From Planctomycetota bacterium (lineage in GTDB: Bacteria > Planctomycetota > MHYJ01 > JACPRB01), in NCBI GenBank assembly GCA_016209705.1, contig JACQVR010000021.1, forward strand, positions 24,010 to 88,009: a stretch of 64,000 nucleotides of DNA, read 5' to 3'. Under the pieces are notes generated by a model. The model did not search any database and was not told the DNA's origin. It worked only from the letters and a program-made list of their open reading frames with translations. Positions 30,401-38,922 of this stretch are shown here, piece by piece; the first letter of the stretch is position 1, and every line of letters starts with the position of its first letter. Both the position numbers and the translations under genes were made by a program.

Positions 30401-30455
30401 CGACGAACGCCTGCTCCAGCGAGGGATGGAACGGGCCGGTCAGGATCTCGAGCAC
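27432..30455 (-). CDS. addB: AddB-type PD-(D/E)XK nuclease subunit with Fe-S staple cysteines
   Basis: ARGLAFRKLWVLGLNERVFP, SPTALETFATCPFKYF, GILDRLD..VIDYK and CAACAMSVVC motifs. The last residues derive from a REP-like repeat at 27451-27475. Confidence 0.9.
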   Translation of the reverse strand: MLEILTGPFHPSLEQAFVERLRELKKDDPLAPVCIVAPSLRLATRLKELALEAFPQGVAALHFHHLMSFARLAAGDAAPVQDDLVLEKLVARIVARDFPNARYLSGVPESPGRARFILHLLMELREGGLDPGDSYRALQEGELGSEDPLKLGEVFALLQAYETELARRDWMDRAGMVRLAAERAPQSAQLGAFREIIYYGFLELVQVQIDLFHAVARNFAARLFYPLEAGNPGYAFTQSFYTEVLAGAAASRRDLDPNLRTRNLFAGGQVEARIVHASGPRDEVWACAKQILKWRQEGVPFDQIGVVARSLEPYEIHVESLFRENRIPHSAGDSVLPERHPYVSAVRALLTLADGEFPRDAMMDLLSSPHFRCPEPPEAVLWDMLTRARGIGRGADEWRRRLPPEGEFVLERGARDERRSFRVGARQVRLLRESVERLLTRAVPPEAVGWLRYADWLAELLDELLDPLGSEEVASSVRDAFAGLARLETIGEAPSPTELRETALRCLADARKPAGRGGGVRVVDVMSARGLAFRKLWVLGLNERVFPRFILEDPFVRDAVRARIAARLGPRLPQKLRGYDEERLLFTLLAASCEELVLSWQRSDDQGRVQVKSLFLREAVGREDQVPRRPAERLRAVDVLHLTRKEAALRAALSARNVELLARDADLERGLEFLERIESARTAGACDGRIGIRGHGETVSPTALETFATCPFKYFSERVMNLEELDEPELELQTSALEEGEIYHAFLQRFWERLDGRVPASIEEAAPLFETTLREVFDQLPGARTIRHPLLWEIERSRMRAVLEAAVRHDMAARGGFHPWRFELEIQADLGVGVRVKGILDRLDLRPDGAFRVIDYKRSWSKNRYPWKTMATGVLEHGRYFQPPLYFLLAEKFLEKQGKPPKRAESCSGYLFLRELAEGEPAQLWLEGDFWKHEKAFFGILGRVLGSMDRGEFVLRADPQHCAACAMSVVCRKQHGPTRRRADRFHGGAHGGDALRLRSGQGVRGEK

Positions 30456-30554
30456 GCGAGGATTATATGCCCGAGCATGTCAGGAAATGACACATCCCCG
30501 TGAGGCGCATGTTGGATGGGTTCTAATTATTCAGTACGTGAACTGTTTTTTTTT

Positions 30555-30918
30555 CGGCGCCGAGGGGGATAAAACACCCGCGGCGCTCCTTCTTCTCGAA
30601 GGGGAGTCCCGTTACGTGTGGGTTCGTCTGACCCTGGACGACACGGCCAGCGAGAGCTCGGATCCGACCACCATGACAGAGATCACATTAACCAGCGTGA
30701 ATCCACCCACCCCGGGCACGGTCAATGACGGTGAAGGCGAAGATATTGACGAGCAAACGTCCACCGGCAACTCAACGGGCGGCTGCGGTTCGATAGGCGT
30801 GGACTTGCTCTGGATGATCATTCTTGTGCCGAAATGCCTGACAAAAATGGGCTCGCGTTTCGGTTCCGCAAAACGCCGGCCTCCCGGCGGCAAAGTGCAC
30901 GACGTCAGCGCCGCGTGA
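30555..30918 (+). pseudogene. 3' remnant of a surface protein with a GGCGS.G.DL sorting tail
   Basis: ..YVWVRLTLDDT...TSTGNSTGGCGSIGVDLLWMIILVPKCLTK.. with no plausible start; follows a T9 tract. Confidence 0.55.
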
Positions 30919-30964
30919 GATCCGCCTTCAGGCTCGCCTTCCAATATCTCGACGAAAATCCCCA

Positions 30965-31003
30965 TTGCATGATATTTCCGCGCGTAGTATAATGTCCGGA
31001 CAT
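30965..31003 (+). promoter_or_regulatory. Promoter and operator of the DUF1778-GNAT TA operon
   Basis: TTGCAT-17bp-TATAAT overlapped by the palindrome ATGTCCGGACAT. Confidence 0.7.
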
Positions 31004-31024
31004 GGTCCGTACAGGAGAAATCGG

Positions 31025-31294
31025 ATGGAAACGCGTACCCGATTCGAAATGCGCCTCGAAAAGGAACAGAAGGAACTGCTCGAACGGGCGGCGGCCGTGA
31101 AGGGTCAAGACCTCACCGCCTTCGCGCTCGGCGTGCTCCTCAAAGAGGCCTCCGACGTCTTGGCTCAGCATCGGGCTCGGACGGTCACCGAGAAGGGCAT
31201 GCGGGCGATCCTCAACCTCCTGGAAAATCCGCCCACGCCGAACGCGGCGCTCAAGAGGGCCGCGCGGCGCCATGCGGAAGAAGTGTGTGAATAG
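31025..31294 (+). CDS. DUF1778 (TacA-like RHH) antitoxin
   Basis: RFEMRL..EQKELLERAAAVKGQDLTAF..A..VL..LLENPPTPNAALKRA. Confidence 0.9.
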   Translation: METRTRFEMRLEKEQKELLERAAAVKGQDLTAFALGVLLKEASDVLAQHRARTVTEKGMRAILNLLENPPTPNAALKRAARRHAEEVCE

Positions 31295-31802
31295 CCCCGA
31301 AGGCTGGAGGATCGAAATCCTCACCCGGCGGCATGATCGGGAGGACTTCGATTGCGGAGAGCGGGCGCTTGACGAGTTCCTCAAGAAGTTCGCGCGACAA
31401 AACCAAGACCGCGATATCAGCCGAACCTTTATCGCCGTTCGAGGAACGGCGCCGAAGGTCTTGGGGTATTACACGGTTTCGGCGCACTCGATCGAGGCAT
31501 CACGCCTGCCGCCGGAGATGGTGCGCCGCTTTCCGCGATACCCCCTGCCGGTGGTCCACGTGGGCGGACTGGCGATCGACCGGAGCACACAAGGACAGGG
31601 ACTGGGCGAGATTCTGCTTTGGGATGCGCTCAAGAAGGCCGTCTTGGCGTCGGATCTGGTCGGCGTTCATGCCGTGGAGGTCATGGCCAACACATTCCAG
31701 GCCAGGCGTTTCTATGAGAAGTACGGGTTTGTCCCGATTCCCGAGGATCCATTTCATCTCATCCTGCCGCTGGCGACGGCTCGCAAACTGATCCAAGGCT
31801 AG
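31287..31802 (+). CDS. GNAT-family (TacT/AtaT-like) acetyltransferase toxin
   Basis: HDREDFDCG..ALDEFLK, VLGYY, PRYPLPVV..LAID...QGQGLG..LL.DAL and ARRFYEKYGF motifs. Confidence 0.9.
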   Translation: MNSPEGWRIEILTRRHDREDFDCGERALDEFLKKFARQNQDRDISRTFIAVRGTAPKVLGYYTVSAHSIEASRLPPEMVRRFPRYPLPVVHVGGLAIDRSTQGQGLGEILLWDALKKAVLASDLVGVHAVEVMANTFQARRFYEKYGFVPIPEDPFHLILPLATARKLIQG

Positions 31803-31962
31803 GTCGAGCCGAACCTCGATCTCGGGAAACGCCTGTGACGTCGCCATGAGCGTTCTTCGGTTCGGCGGCTGGCTTGGAGCGCCGTGCGCGAATGGTCTTT
31901 CTCACGTCCCCGTTTTTCTTTCGAATGGCGCGGTTGTGCATGAGGGCCCGCCGAAGAACGCG

Positions 31963-32034
31963 CTACGCCGGCCGCCCGCAGCAGCGCTTGAACCTCCTCC
32001 CGCTCCCGCAGGGGCAGGGCGCATTGCGGCTCAT
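31963..32034 (-). CDS. 23-aa stand-alone SEC-C motif peptide (or remnant)
   Basis: MSRNAPCPCGSGRRFKRCCGRPA*. Its ATG overlaps the dioxygenase TGA (ATGA). Confidence 0.5.
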   Translation of the reverse strand: MSRNAPCPCGSGRRFKRCCGRPA

Positions 32035-32933
32035 GATGCGAACATGAACGTCCGCATCGAGAGGTTCGGGCCGTGGAAGCCTTCGAAGATGTCTTTCACC
32101 TTGTCGCCGGGACCCGAGGCGCCCGCCACGACGAAGAGCGGATCGAAATGCTCCGTCGTGGGATGGGCCATTTCCGCGTGCGGGGCGCATTTCCGGTACT
32201 CCAGGAGGCTGTCCAGTTCGCGATGCTCCAGCTTCTCGCGCACCCACGAGTCGAACGCCAGCGCCCACGTGTCCACACGCGCGCCCCGCTCTTCCGCACG
32301 GCTCAGGCGCAGGTTATGGACCGCTCCGCCGCTGCCGACGAGGAGCACGCCTCGCTCGCGAAAAGGCGCCAGCGCCGCGCCCAGCTTCATCAGGTCCCGT
32401 GGCTCGTGCTCCGCCGTCAGCGCGACCTCGAGGACGGGAATGTCCGCCCTGGGATAGGCGTATCGCAACGGCACCCACGCGCCGTGGTCCAGGCCGCGCT
32501 CGCCGTCCAGCTCGGTCGGGAAACCGGCCGCGGAAAGCGCCGACGCGATGTCCTTGGCCAACGGCGGATGGCCGGGACTGGGATACGTGAGCGCGTACAG
32601 CTCCTCGGGGAATCCGTAAAAATCGTGGATCGTTTCGGAGCGCTCGGCGGCGGTCACGCGCGTCGGCGCCGGCTCCACCCAATGCGCGGACACGACGACG
32701 ATCGCCCGGGGCGACGGCAGATCCTCTCCCATCCACGCCACGGCGCGCGTGTATGCGTCTGGACGGACCGCCACCATCGGCGAGCCGTGGGAAACGAAAA
32801 CCACGGGCATGCGCGCAGGCGGCCGCGGGTCGCCCTCCGGCTTCGCCTTCGGCGCGGCGCAACCGACGAGTCCGCTCACCGCCCCGCCCGTGGCCATCTT
32901 CAATACGTCTCGGCGCGTGAAGTCCGCGCCCAT
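32031..32933 (-). CDS. LigB/DODA-type (YgiD-like) extradiol dioxygenase with Tat-lipoprotein signal
   Basis: FTRRDVLK..LVGC signal; FVSHGSP, VVSAHW, TIHDFYGFP, RGLDHGAWVPL, GSGGAVHNL and AHPTTEHF motifs. Confidence 0.9.
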   Translation of the reverse strand: MGADFTRRDVLKMATGGAVSGLVGCAAPKAKPEGDPRPPARMPVVFVSHGSPMVAVRPDAYTRAVAWMGEDLPSPRAIVVVSAHWVEPAPTRVTAAERSETIHDFYGFPEELYALTYPSPGHPPLAKDIASALSAAGFPTELDGERGLDHGAWVPLRYAYPRADIPVLEVALTAEHEPRDLMKLGAALAPFRERGVLLVGSGGAVHNLRLSRAEERGARVDTWALAFDSWVREKLEHRELDSLLEYRKCAPHAEMAHPTTEHFDPLFVVAGASGPGDKVKDIFEGFHGPNLSMRTFMFAS

Positions 32934-32945
32934 CCCAGGAATACC

Positions 32946-32975
32946 TTGAAAAGGTATACCTCAGTAAGGTATAAT
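32946..32975 (+). promoter_or_regulatory. higBA promoter and operator
   Basis: TTGAAA..TATAAT with the internal inverted repeat TATACCT-CAGTA-AGGTATA. Confidence 0.65.
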
Positions 32976-32986
32976 GCACCTGTCGC

Positions 32987-33277
32987 ATGGCGATTCAATC
33001 CTTCGCCGACCGAGCCACGGAAGACTTCTTCCTCCGGGGAAGCATCTCGAAGAGGGCGGGCTGGGCCGGCGCGGAGGCGACCGCCAGGAGAAAGCTCGAT
33101 ATGCTGCATTATGCATCCGGCGTGAAGGATTTGTCGAGTCCTCCCGGCAACCGCTTGGAAGCCCTGAAGGGGGATTTGAAGGGACTCCACTCCATCCGGA
33201 TCAACGACCGATGGAGAATTATTTTCCGATGGACGAAAGTGGGTCCGGAACAGGTCCGGATTGTGGACTATCATTAG
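32987..33277 (+). CDS. higB: HigB/RelE-family toxin
   Basis: IQSFAD..TE, ARRKLDML, PPGNRLEALKGD..G.HSIRINDRWRIIFRW and IVDYH motifs. Confidence 0.93.
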   Translation: MAIQSFADRATEDFFLRGSISKRAGWAGAEATARRKLDMLHYASGVKDLSSPPGNRLEALKGDLKGLHSIRINDRWRIIFRWTKVGPEQVRIVDYH

Positions 33278-33286
33278 GAGGCGCCC

Positions 33287-33580
33287 ATGAAGAAAATGCT
33301 CAGGAAACCGACTCCTCCCGGCGAGATCCTGCTGGAGGAATTTCTAAAGCCCTTGAGGCTCACCCAGCGTCAACTCGCGGGTCACCTCGGCTGCGACGTC
33401 AAGGTCATCAACCGCATCGTGAACGGTCGTTCTTCGGTCACGGCCGAGATGGCGGTCCGGCTGGCGGCCGCGCTGGGCACCACGCCTGAATTCTGGCTGA
33501 ACGCCCAGCAGGCGGTGGATTTGTATCGCGCCACACGGCGGGCCGGGACGTTGCCGGATGCGATCGCACACGCCGGGTAG
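33287..33580 (+). CDS. higA: HigA-family HTH antitoxin
   Basis: PGEILLEEFLKPL.LTQ..LA..L....INRIVNG...VTAEMAVRLA..LGTTPEFWLN.Q. Confidence 0.93.
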   Translation: MKKMLRKPTPPGEILLEEFLKPLRLTQRQLAGHLGCDVKVINRIVNGRSSVTAEMAVRLAAALGTTPEFWLNAQQAVDLYRATRRAGTLPDAIAHAG

Positions 33581-33673
33581 CCTGTGCCTCCCAGGGCAAA
33601 CGCTTGATTGCCCGCCGAAACCGAAGGTTTCGGCTATTAGAAATCGCGACACCCCCCAAGCGGGGAGCGATTT

Positions 33674-34927
33674 CTACCGCCGCACTGGTTTCCGCGCCTC
33701 CGCCGCGCGCTTCTCCGCCGCGTACGCGCGCAGTGCCTCCATCTGCGCATGAAAGTCGTGCGTCCCGCCGCCGTACGGCGCCTTGAAGAAGGCGCCGGTG
33801 TGCTTCATCGCGCCCGCCTCGCCGCCGCGGTGCGCCAGCTCCGCCAGTCGCACTAGGTCGATCACCAGCGGCGCCGCGAGCGCGGAGTCGCACCCCTGCC
33901 AGATGAACTGCATCGACATGCGCGCGCCCAGGAAACCTTCGAAATGGATGAAGTCCCACGCCGTCTTCCAATCGCCCAGCGACGGCACGTAATCGATCCG
34001 TACCCGCGAATGGGTCGCGGGATCCCCGAGAATGTCGCGCAACGCCCGGTCCTTGTCCTTGACCTTGGCGCGGTTGTTCTCCGGCGCGTCCAGCACCTGC
34101 CCGTCCCGATTGCCCAGGAGGTTGTGGCCTTCCCAGGACAGCACGCGCAGGTTCCGCCCCACGAACATCGGCGCCAGCACCGTCTTGACCAACGTCTCTC
34201 CGGTCTTGCCGTCCCGGCCGCAGTGGGGCACGCCGCGGCGCACCGCCAGGTCGTCGAGGGACGGCAAGCTCGATCCGATCGACGCCGTGAAATTGACGTA
34301 GGGAAATCCCGCGTCGATCGCGGCGTACGCATAGAGCACGCTCGCCGGAAAGAGGTCCTTGCGGTTCTCCTCCAGGAGCGCCGCCAGGGATTCCAGATAC
34401 GAGAATTCGCGCGGAATCGATCGATCCGGCTCGGACGACGCCAGATTGACGACAATGACATCGTCCAATCTATGGCGCGCCTGGAATTCGCGCCAGTCCC
34501 GCTGTAGCGAAGCCACGATCTCCTTCAACGGCAGGTCGTCGCGGTCCGGCGCCAGGGGCGAGAGTTTCCGGATCGCCTCGCCGCAGTTGAGCGTGACCCC
34601 CGGGCGGAGATCTGCGCTGGCCGCCAAGAGACCCGGCTTCGCGGCGTCGAGGATTTCCCGCGTCAGCACCCCGTTCGCCTGGGCGTACTCCTCCGCGGCC
34701 TGCGCCCAGTCGCCGCCGCGCGCTTCATGGCCGCCGACGACCAGGTCCGCGGGATCCAGCAATCCCGCGTTTTCGAAATCGGACGCGTCCGTCGCCAATC
34801 CCGTGGCGCCGGCCAGGCCCGCCTTCAGCGCCTCCAGACCCGTAGCCACAAGCGTGGCCACGGAGCCCAAGGCGCCCACCATCCAGACTCCGACCCGGCG
34901 CTCTTCGCCGGAAGGTTCATGGGACAT
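33674..34927 (-). CDS. ino1: myo-inositol-1-phosphate synthase
   Basis: GALGSVAT, VNLASSEP, GRDGKTGETLVK, NLLGNRDG, IDYVPSLGDWKTAWD and GCDSALAAPLVIDL motifs. Confidence 0.92.
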   Translation of the reverse strand: MSHEPSGEERRVGVWMVGALGSVATLVATGLEALKAGLAGATGLATDASDFENAGLLDPADLVVGGHEARGGDWAQAAEEYAQANGVLTREILDAAKPGLLAASADLRPGVTLNCGEAIRKLSPLAPDRDDLPLKEIVASLQRDWREFQARHRLDDVIVVNLASSEPDRSIPREFSYLESLAALLEENRKDLFPASVLYAYAAIDAGFPYVNFTASIGSSLPSLDDLAVRRGVPHCGRDGKTGETLVKTVLAPMFVGRNLRVLSWEGHNLLGNRDGQVLDAPENNRAKVKDKDRALRDILGDPATHSRVRIDYVPSLGDWKTAWDFIHFEGFLGARMSMQFIWQGCDSALAAPLVIDLVRLAELAHRGGEAGAMKHTGAFFKAPYGGGTHDFHAQMEALRAYAAEKRAAEARKPVRR

Positions 34928-36128
34928 ACTTCATCACCGCATTGAGAACGTTCAACACGTACGAGGTCACCAGCAGCGGATCGCTCTCCCACCACCGGGG
35001 ATTCTCGTTCACCCACATTTTCTGTTCCTTCTGCACCTTCAAGAGCTGTTCCCCCAGCTCCGCGGCCCATTCGTGCTCCTTGCCGTCGAACGTCTTGAAG
35101 GTCTTCTCGCCCAGCGCGTCGAACGCGCGCGCCATCATGAGGTAGTAGTAAAAAAGCCCCTGGAGATGCGTGCGCTTGTCGTCGAACGGGAATCCCGGGT
35201 GCCCCTCGACGGAGTAGTTCTTCCGCACCCAGTCGACGGCCGCCTTCACCCGCGGATCGTCCTTGGACAGCCCGGCATAGATGTACGTCTTGATCCCGTC
35301 GTAGGTCATCGAACCGTAACTCTTGATGACCTCCTTATCCACGACCTTGACGAATCCCGCCTTGTGCACGGAACGATCGGGATCCGCGGCGTAGAACAGG
35401 CCGCCGTCGTCGCCGACGGACAGGCCCTGTTCCTTGAGCTTGGCCACGAATTCGGGATCGTCGTTGGTCTCGCTGTTGTTCTGGCACCGCTCCACGTACT
35501 CCACCACGAGCTTCCAGAATGGGTCGTCCTTGGGAAGCCCGGATCGCTTCATCCCCTCCGCCGCGAACCCGGTGGTCGAGAGGTTCGGGATCGTGGGACG
35601 GGCGACGGGCCGTCCTTTCTCGTCCCTTCCGGGCTCCTGATCGCCGTATCCCAGGCCTCCTTTGGCCAGTCCTTCCTTGAGCTGATTGTTCTTGAGATAT
35701 CCGCGGGCATTGCCGATGGCGTCTTTCTGGTCCGGCGCCGCGATGCTGATCGCCATGAGCCCGAGCGATGTCGTGTAGACTTTCAGGAACGATCCGCTCG
35801 GCCCTTCGCCGAAGCTTCCGTCGGTGTTCTGCTTGGACACGAGGAACGCGACCGCCTTCTCGACGGGGCTCTTGTATTTCTTGTCGACGCCGCCGGGCGC
35901 CTCGCCGAGCGCCGTCACGATCAGCGCCGTGTACGCTAGACTTGGCGCTCTCTGATCCTTCGGGCCGCTCATCCACGCCCCATCCTTGTCTTGCTGTTCC
36001 ACCAGCCAGTCGGCGGCGCGTTCATACGCCTCCTTCAAGCGTTTCTCCAGCGGTTGATCCTGAACCGCAGCGGCCGCGGAGCCCCACGCCAGCGCGAGCG
36101 CCAAACCGAAGATTGAGATCTTTCTCAT
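34917..36128 (-). CDS. Secreted prenyltransferase/squalene-cyclase repeat protein
   Basis: Signal peptide; QW-type repeats WLVEQQDKDGAW, FLVSKQNTDGSF, GGLGYG, SYGSMTY.G and GLFYYY. Confidence 0.85.
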   Translation of the reverse strand: MRKISIFGLALALAWGSAAAAVQDQPLEKRLKEAYERAADWLVEQQDKDGAWMSGPKDQRAPSLAYTALIVTALGEAPGGVDKKYKSPVEKAVAFLVSKQNTDGSFGEGPSGSFLKVYTTSLGLMAISIAAPDQKDAIGNARGYLKNNQLKEGLAKGGLGYGDQEPGRDEKGRPVARPTIPNLSTTGFAAEGMKRSGLPKDDPFWKLVVEYVERCQNNSETNDDPEFVAKLKEQGLSVGDDGGLFYAADPDRSVHKAGFVKVVDKEVIKSYGSMTYDGIKTYIYAGLSKDDPRVKAAVDWVRKNYSVEGHPGFPFDDKRTHLQGLFYYYLMMARAFDALGEKTFKTFDGKEHEWAAELGEQLLKVQKEQKMWVNENPRWWESDPLLVTSYVLNVLNAVMKYVP

Positions 36129-36142
36129 GACCGCCTCCCTTA

Positions 36143-36549
36143 AGAGCCTATCTCAGTAGGCCTCGTGAGCCACGGCGGGCCGGGAAGCGAGGCGCGCAAA
36201 GCCACCCCTCCATCCGGGCCCGCCAGCGTCCCGTCCGCTGGCCTACTTTTTCTCATTCGATTCCGCTGCACCAATGCTATCTGCCTTCTATGCCGCCCTA
36301 TGTACGCCGCGGACGGGACGCTGGCGGGTCGCGAGGAGGAGGCGAGATCGATAGAGATCTGCCGACGACTCGCGACGTCGCACGCCGACGCTTCCCGGCC
36401 CGCCCCTTCGGGGTGGCGGCGGGGAGGGCTCGTTTGCAGCGTCGCGCCTCCACAGCGTATTTCTCCGTTAATACGCTTGCGTCGGCGCTCCTTGCATCCG
36501 CCCCCTCCGCGCCGTCACCGCGGCCACGATGCCTCCTGAGATAGGCTCT
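36143..36549. mobile_element. About 407-bp non-autonomous MITE with long terminal inverted repeats
   Basis: Left AGAGCCTATCTCAGTAGGCCTCGTG and right CACGATGCCTCCTGAGATAGGCTCT in TA-containing context. Nested internal inverted repeats. No transposase ORF. Confidence 0.75.
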
Positions 36550-37579
36550 AACGTGAACGAAGCTCGTAATACCGACGCACCACGTCATCGTACTCGGGAT
36601 CCCACGTCTTCTTGTCCCGCGCGGTTCCGGTCGCTTCGCCCGGGGTAGGCGCCACGACCGGCCCTCCGGGCGCCGCCGGCGCCTCGAATTGTCGCGGCCG
36701 GCCGGAAGGACCGCCCAGATCCCCTCTCGCCTGGGCGGCCAGCGCCCGCGCTTCCAGATCGTCCGGCGCGACGTCCGGCACCGTCACGCCCCGCCGCGCC
36801 AGCTCCCGGGTCGCGGAAGCTCCGGCGGCATCCAGCAGGTCGGCCAGCGCGCGCAGGGACTCGCCCCCCGCGGCGTTCGCGCCGGTCAACTCCCCTTGTT
36901 CCTTCCGGATGGCGACGGCCAGTTCGCGGGCCCCCACCGCCGCCTCCCGAATCCGGCCCATGTCGGTCGACCCCAGATCCTCCAGAATCTTCCGCGCCTT
37001 CTCGGCCCACTTCGGGTCCTCCAGCCGGCGGACGGCGGGAGCGAGCGCCGCCCATTCACGAGTCATCGCGCCGCGCAAGCCGGCGTCCGCCGTCGCGGGC
37101 GCTTGGCGACGATCCGGCGCCATCCACAAGGCGCCGAAGAGGGCCAGCGCCGGCGCCAGGAATCTGGCTTCGCCCGGCCACCGGAATCGGCCTACGGCCG
37201 CCGGGCGGGCGCGTCCCAACGCCTCCGACGCGTCCCGCACGACCGCCTCCGACAAGCCGCCGGCGGACGCGCATTCCAACGCGGTGGCGACCCGCTCTTC
37301 GAGTCCGAGCATCCGATCGAGCGTGGCCGCCGCGCGGCGCAAGTCCACGCGTCGCGCCGCTTCGCGAATCGCGGCCGCCGCCGGCACCGCCGCCGCCGCC
37401 CACAGCACGGCGCGCGGCCAGGAAAATAGTTTAGAGGCGGCGAGGTATCCCGAGGCGATCAGCGAGGCGTACAGGGACCACCTCACCGCCATCTCCAAAA
37501 TCGCGGTTCGCTTCATTCGCGCGCGGGCCGCGCGCACTTCCGTTTCGATTCTCCACACTCCGGCGTCCGTATCCGTCAC
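36548..37579 (-). CDS. Hypothetical membrane protein with coiled-coil region
   Basis: Two to three TM segments, AATLDRMLGLEERVATALE and C-terminal EYDDVVRRYY. The stop codon overlaps the MITE terminal repeat. Confidence 0.7.
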   Translation of the reverse strand: MTDTDAGVWRIETEVRAARARMKRTAILEMAVRWSLYASLIASGYLAASKLFSWPRAVLWAAAAVPAAAAIREAARRVDLRRAAATLDRMLGLEERVATALECASAGGLSEAVVRDASEALGRARPAAVGRFRWPGEARFLAPALALFGALWMAPDRRQAPATADAGLRGAMTREWAALAPAVRRLEDPKWAEKARKILEDLGSTDMGRIREAAVGARELAVAIRKEQGELTGANAAGGESLRALADLLDAAGASATRELARRGVTVPDVAPDDLEARALAAQARGDLGGPSGRPRQFEAPAAPGGPVVAPTPGEATGTARDKKTWDPEYDDVVRRYYELRSR

Positions 37580-37621
37580 CACGGGTTGCTCGGATCCTTC
37601 GTCATCACGAAGACGCCCGGA

Positions 37622-37770
37622 TCGGAGCTCACAGAGGAGACGGAGAACACGGAGAGGAATAACCACAGAGGCACGGAGAAGATTACGCGGGGAGGAGATC
37701 CCCAGAAAATTTTCTCCGTGTCTCCGTGGTCGCGTTTCTCTCCGTCCGCTCCGATTCCTCCGGGAACTCC
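37622..37770. repeat. CACGGAG nonamer-type inverted repeat element (short relative of 27264-27433)
   Basis: aaccacagaggcacggagaa...ttctccgtgtctccgtggt. Confidence 0.7.
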
Positions 37771-37774
37771 CGGG

Positions 37775-38755
37775 TCATTTCGCCAACTCCGCCTCGAGCG
37801 CGGCGATCTCCCGCCACTCCACCTCCGTGGGAGCTCGAAAAATCACGCGCACTTTCGTCCCCGGTTCGGGCAACACCTCATAGTTGGCGGCGAACATCGT
37901 GTCGTCGTCGGCTTCCTCCAGAGGGTTCTCCAGCAGGCTGTAGCCCACGAAGCGCCACGTCGTGATCACCAGGCGGCTCTCTGAAGCCGACAGAACCCGA
38001 TTGGGCTTCTTGCCGCCCAGGGAGGCCAGATCCTCGACCGTCCGCATGGTGCCCACGTAGGACCATCCGACGCGCGGCATGGCGCTTTCCCGCTTGATGC
38101 TGATGACCACGTCTTCGGCCCGGTGGGTGACGGCTTTGCCTTGTTCATCGGTCCATTGCACCAGCACGATAAGGCGCGCGCCTTGCGGCACCGTCGGATC
38201 GTTGAGCCGTTCGGGATTCGGTCCGCGCTGAAAGCCGCAGAAGGCGAACGCCAGGTCGAGCGAGGAAACGTCGCAGTGAAGGCGAAGCGCGCTTTCGTGT
38301 TCTTTCCCGCTCCCTTCCGCGCAGGCCAGCAGTTCGATGATCTCGCGATTCATGATCACCATGCCCTCGACGACGGCGCCCGTTCCGGTGACCTTGCCTT
38401 GCGCATCGCGCCGCTCATATTGATAACCGCCGGGAAACTTCACGAACCCGCGCTGATCGACTTCCTTTTCGTCCGAAGGATCGGGCCATGTGGGCTCTCC
38501 CTCCACCGGTTTCACCGCCAATTGCTCGCGGCGAAAGGCCTGCTCTTCTTGATTCGAAGCGGGCTCCGCCTCCTGGGTCGGTTCAACCCCCTTCTTGGAT
38601 CCGCCGGGCGTTGGAGAAGGAGCCTGCGCGGGTTTCGCGCCGCTTGCGACGTCTGCTGTCTTGGACGGCATCGGCGCCTTGGAATCCGGCTCGGGGGAAC
38701 AGCTTGCAGCCAGCGCCCAACCCGCAACCCACAGGCAGTAAAGCGATCTCTTCAT
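37775..38755 (-). CDS. YdjY-like domain lipoprotein
   Basis: Lipobox LAASC; IELLAC..G.KEHESAL, G..L.VLVQW, W.YVG and LPEPGTKVRVIF resemble YdjY-type proteins. Confidence 0.6.
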   Translation of the reverse strand: MKRSLYCLWVAGWALAASCSPEPDSKAPMPSKTADVASGAKPAQAPSPTPGGSKKGVEPTQEAEPASNQEEQAFRREQLAVKPVEGEPTWPDPSDEKEVDQRGFVKFPGGYQYERRDAQGKVTGTGAVVEGMVIMNREIIELLACAEGSGKEHESALRLHCDVSSLDLAFAFCGFQRGPNPERLNDPTVPQGARLIVLVQWTDEQGKAVTHRAEDVVISIKRESAMPRVGWSYVGTMRTVEDLASLGGKKPNRVLSASESRLVITTWRFVGYSLLENPLEEADDDTMFAANYEVLPEPGTKVRVIFRAPTEVEWREIAALEAELAK

Positions 38756-38922
38756 GGTACATGCTGTGGCAATTTTCCGGCCACAAAACGCGGGCGTAAC
38801 CATGCTGAACCCTTTCAACGCTGGAAGGTTGGAACTGATACGGACGGGGCGCGAAAAACGCATCGCAGGTGTATAGAAAATAGACAGCATTTCACTAAAT
38901 GCGCAACACCGCCGGCGGAAGT

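Noticed and set aside
24042-30455. Helicase plus nuclease pair as a novel anti-phage system
   Set aside because: Motifs, sizes, gene order and Fe-S cysteines fit housekeeping AddAB recombination repair.
31803-31960. Possible small gene between the GNAT toxin and the SEC-C peptide
   Set aside because: No frame has a convincing start, RBS or recognisable motif.
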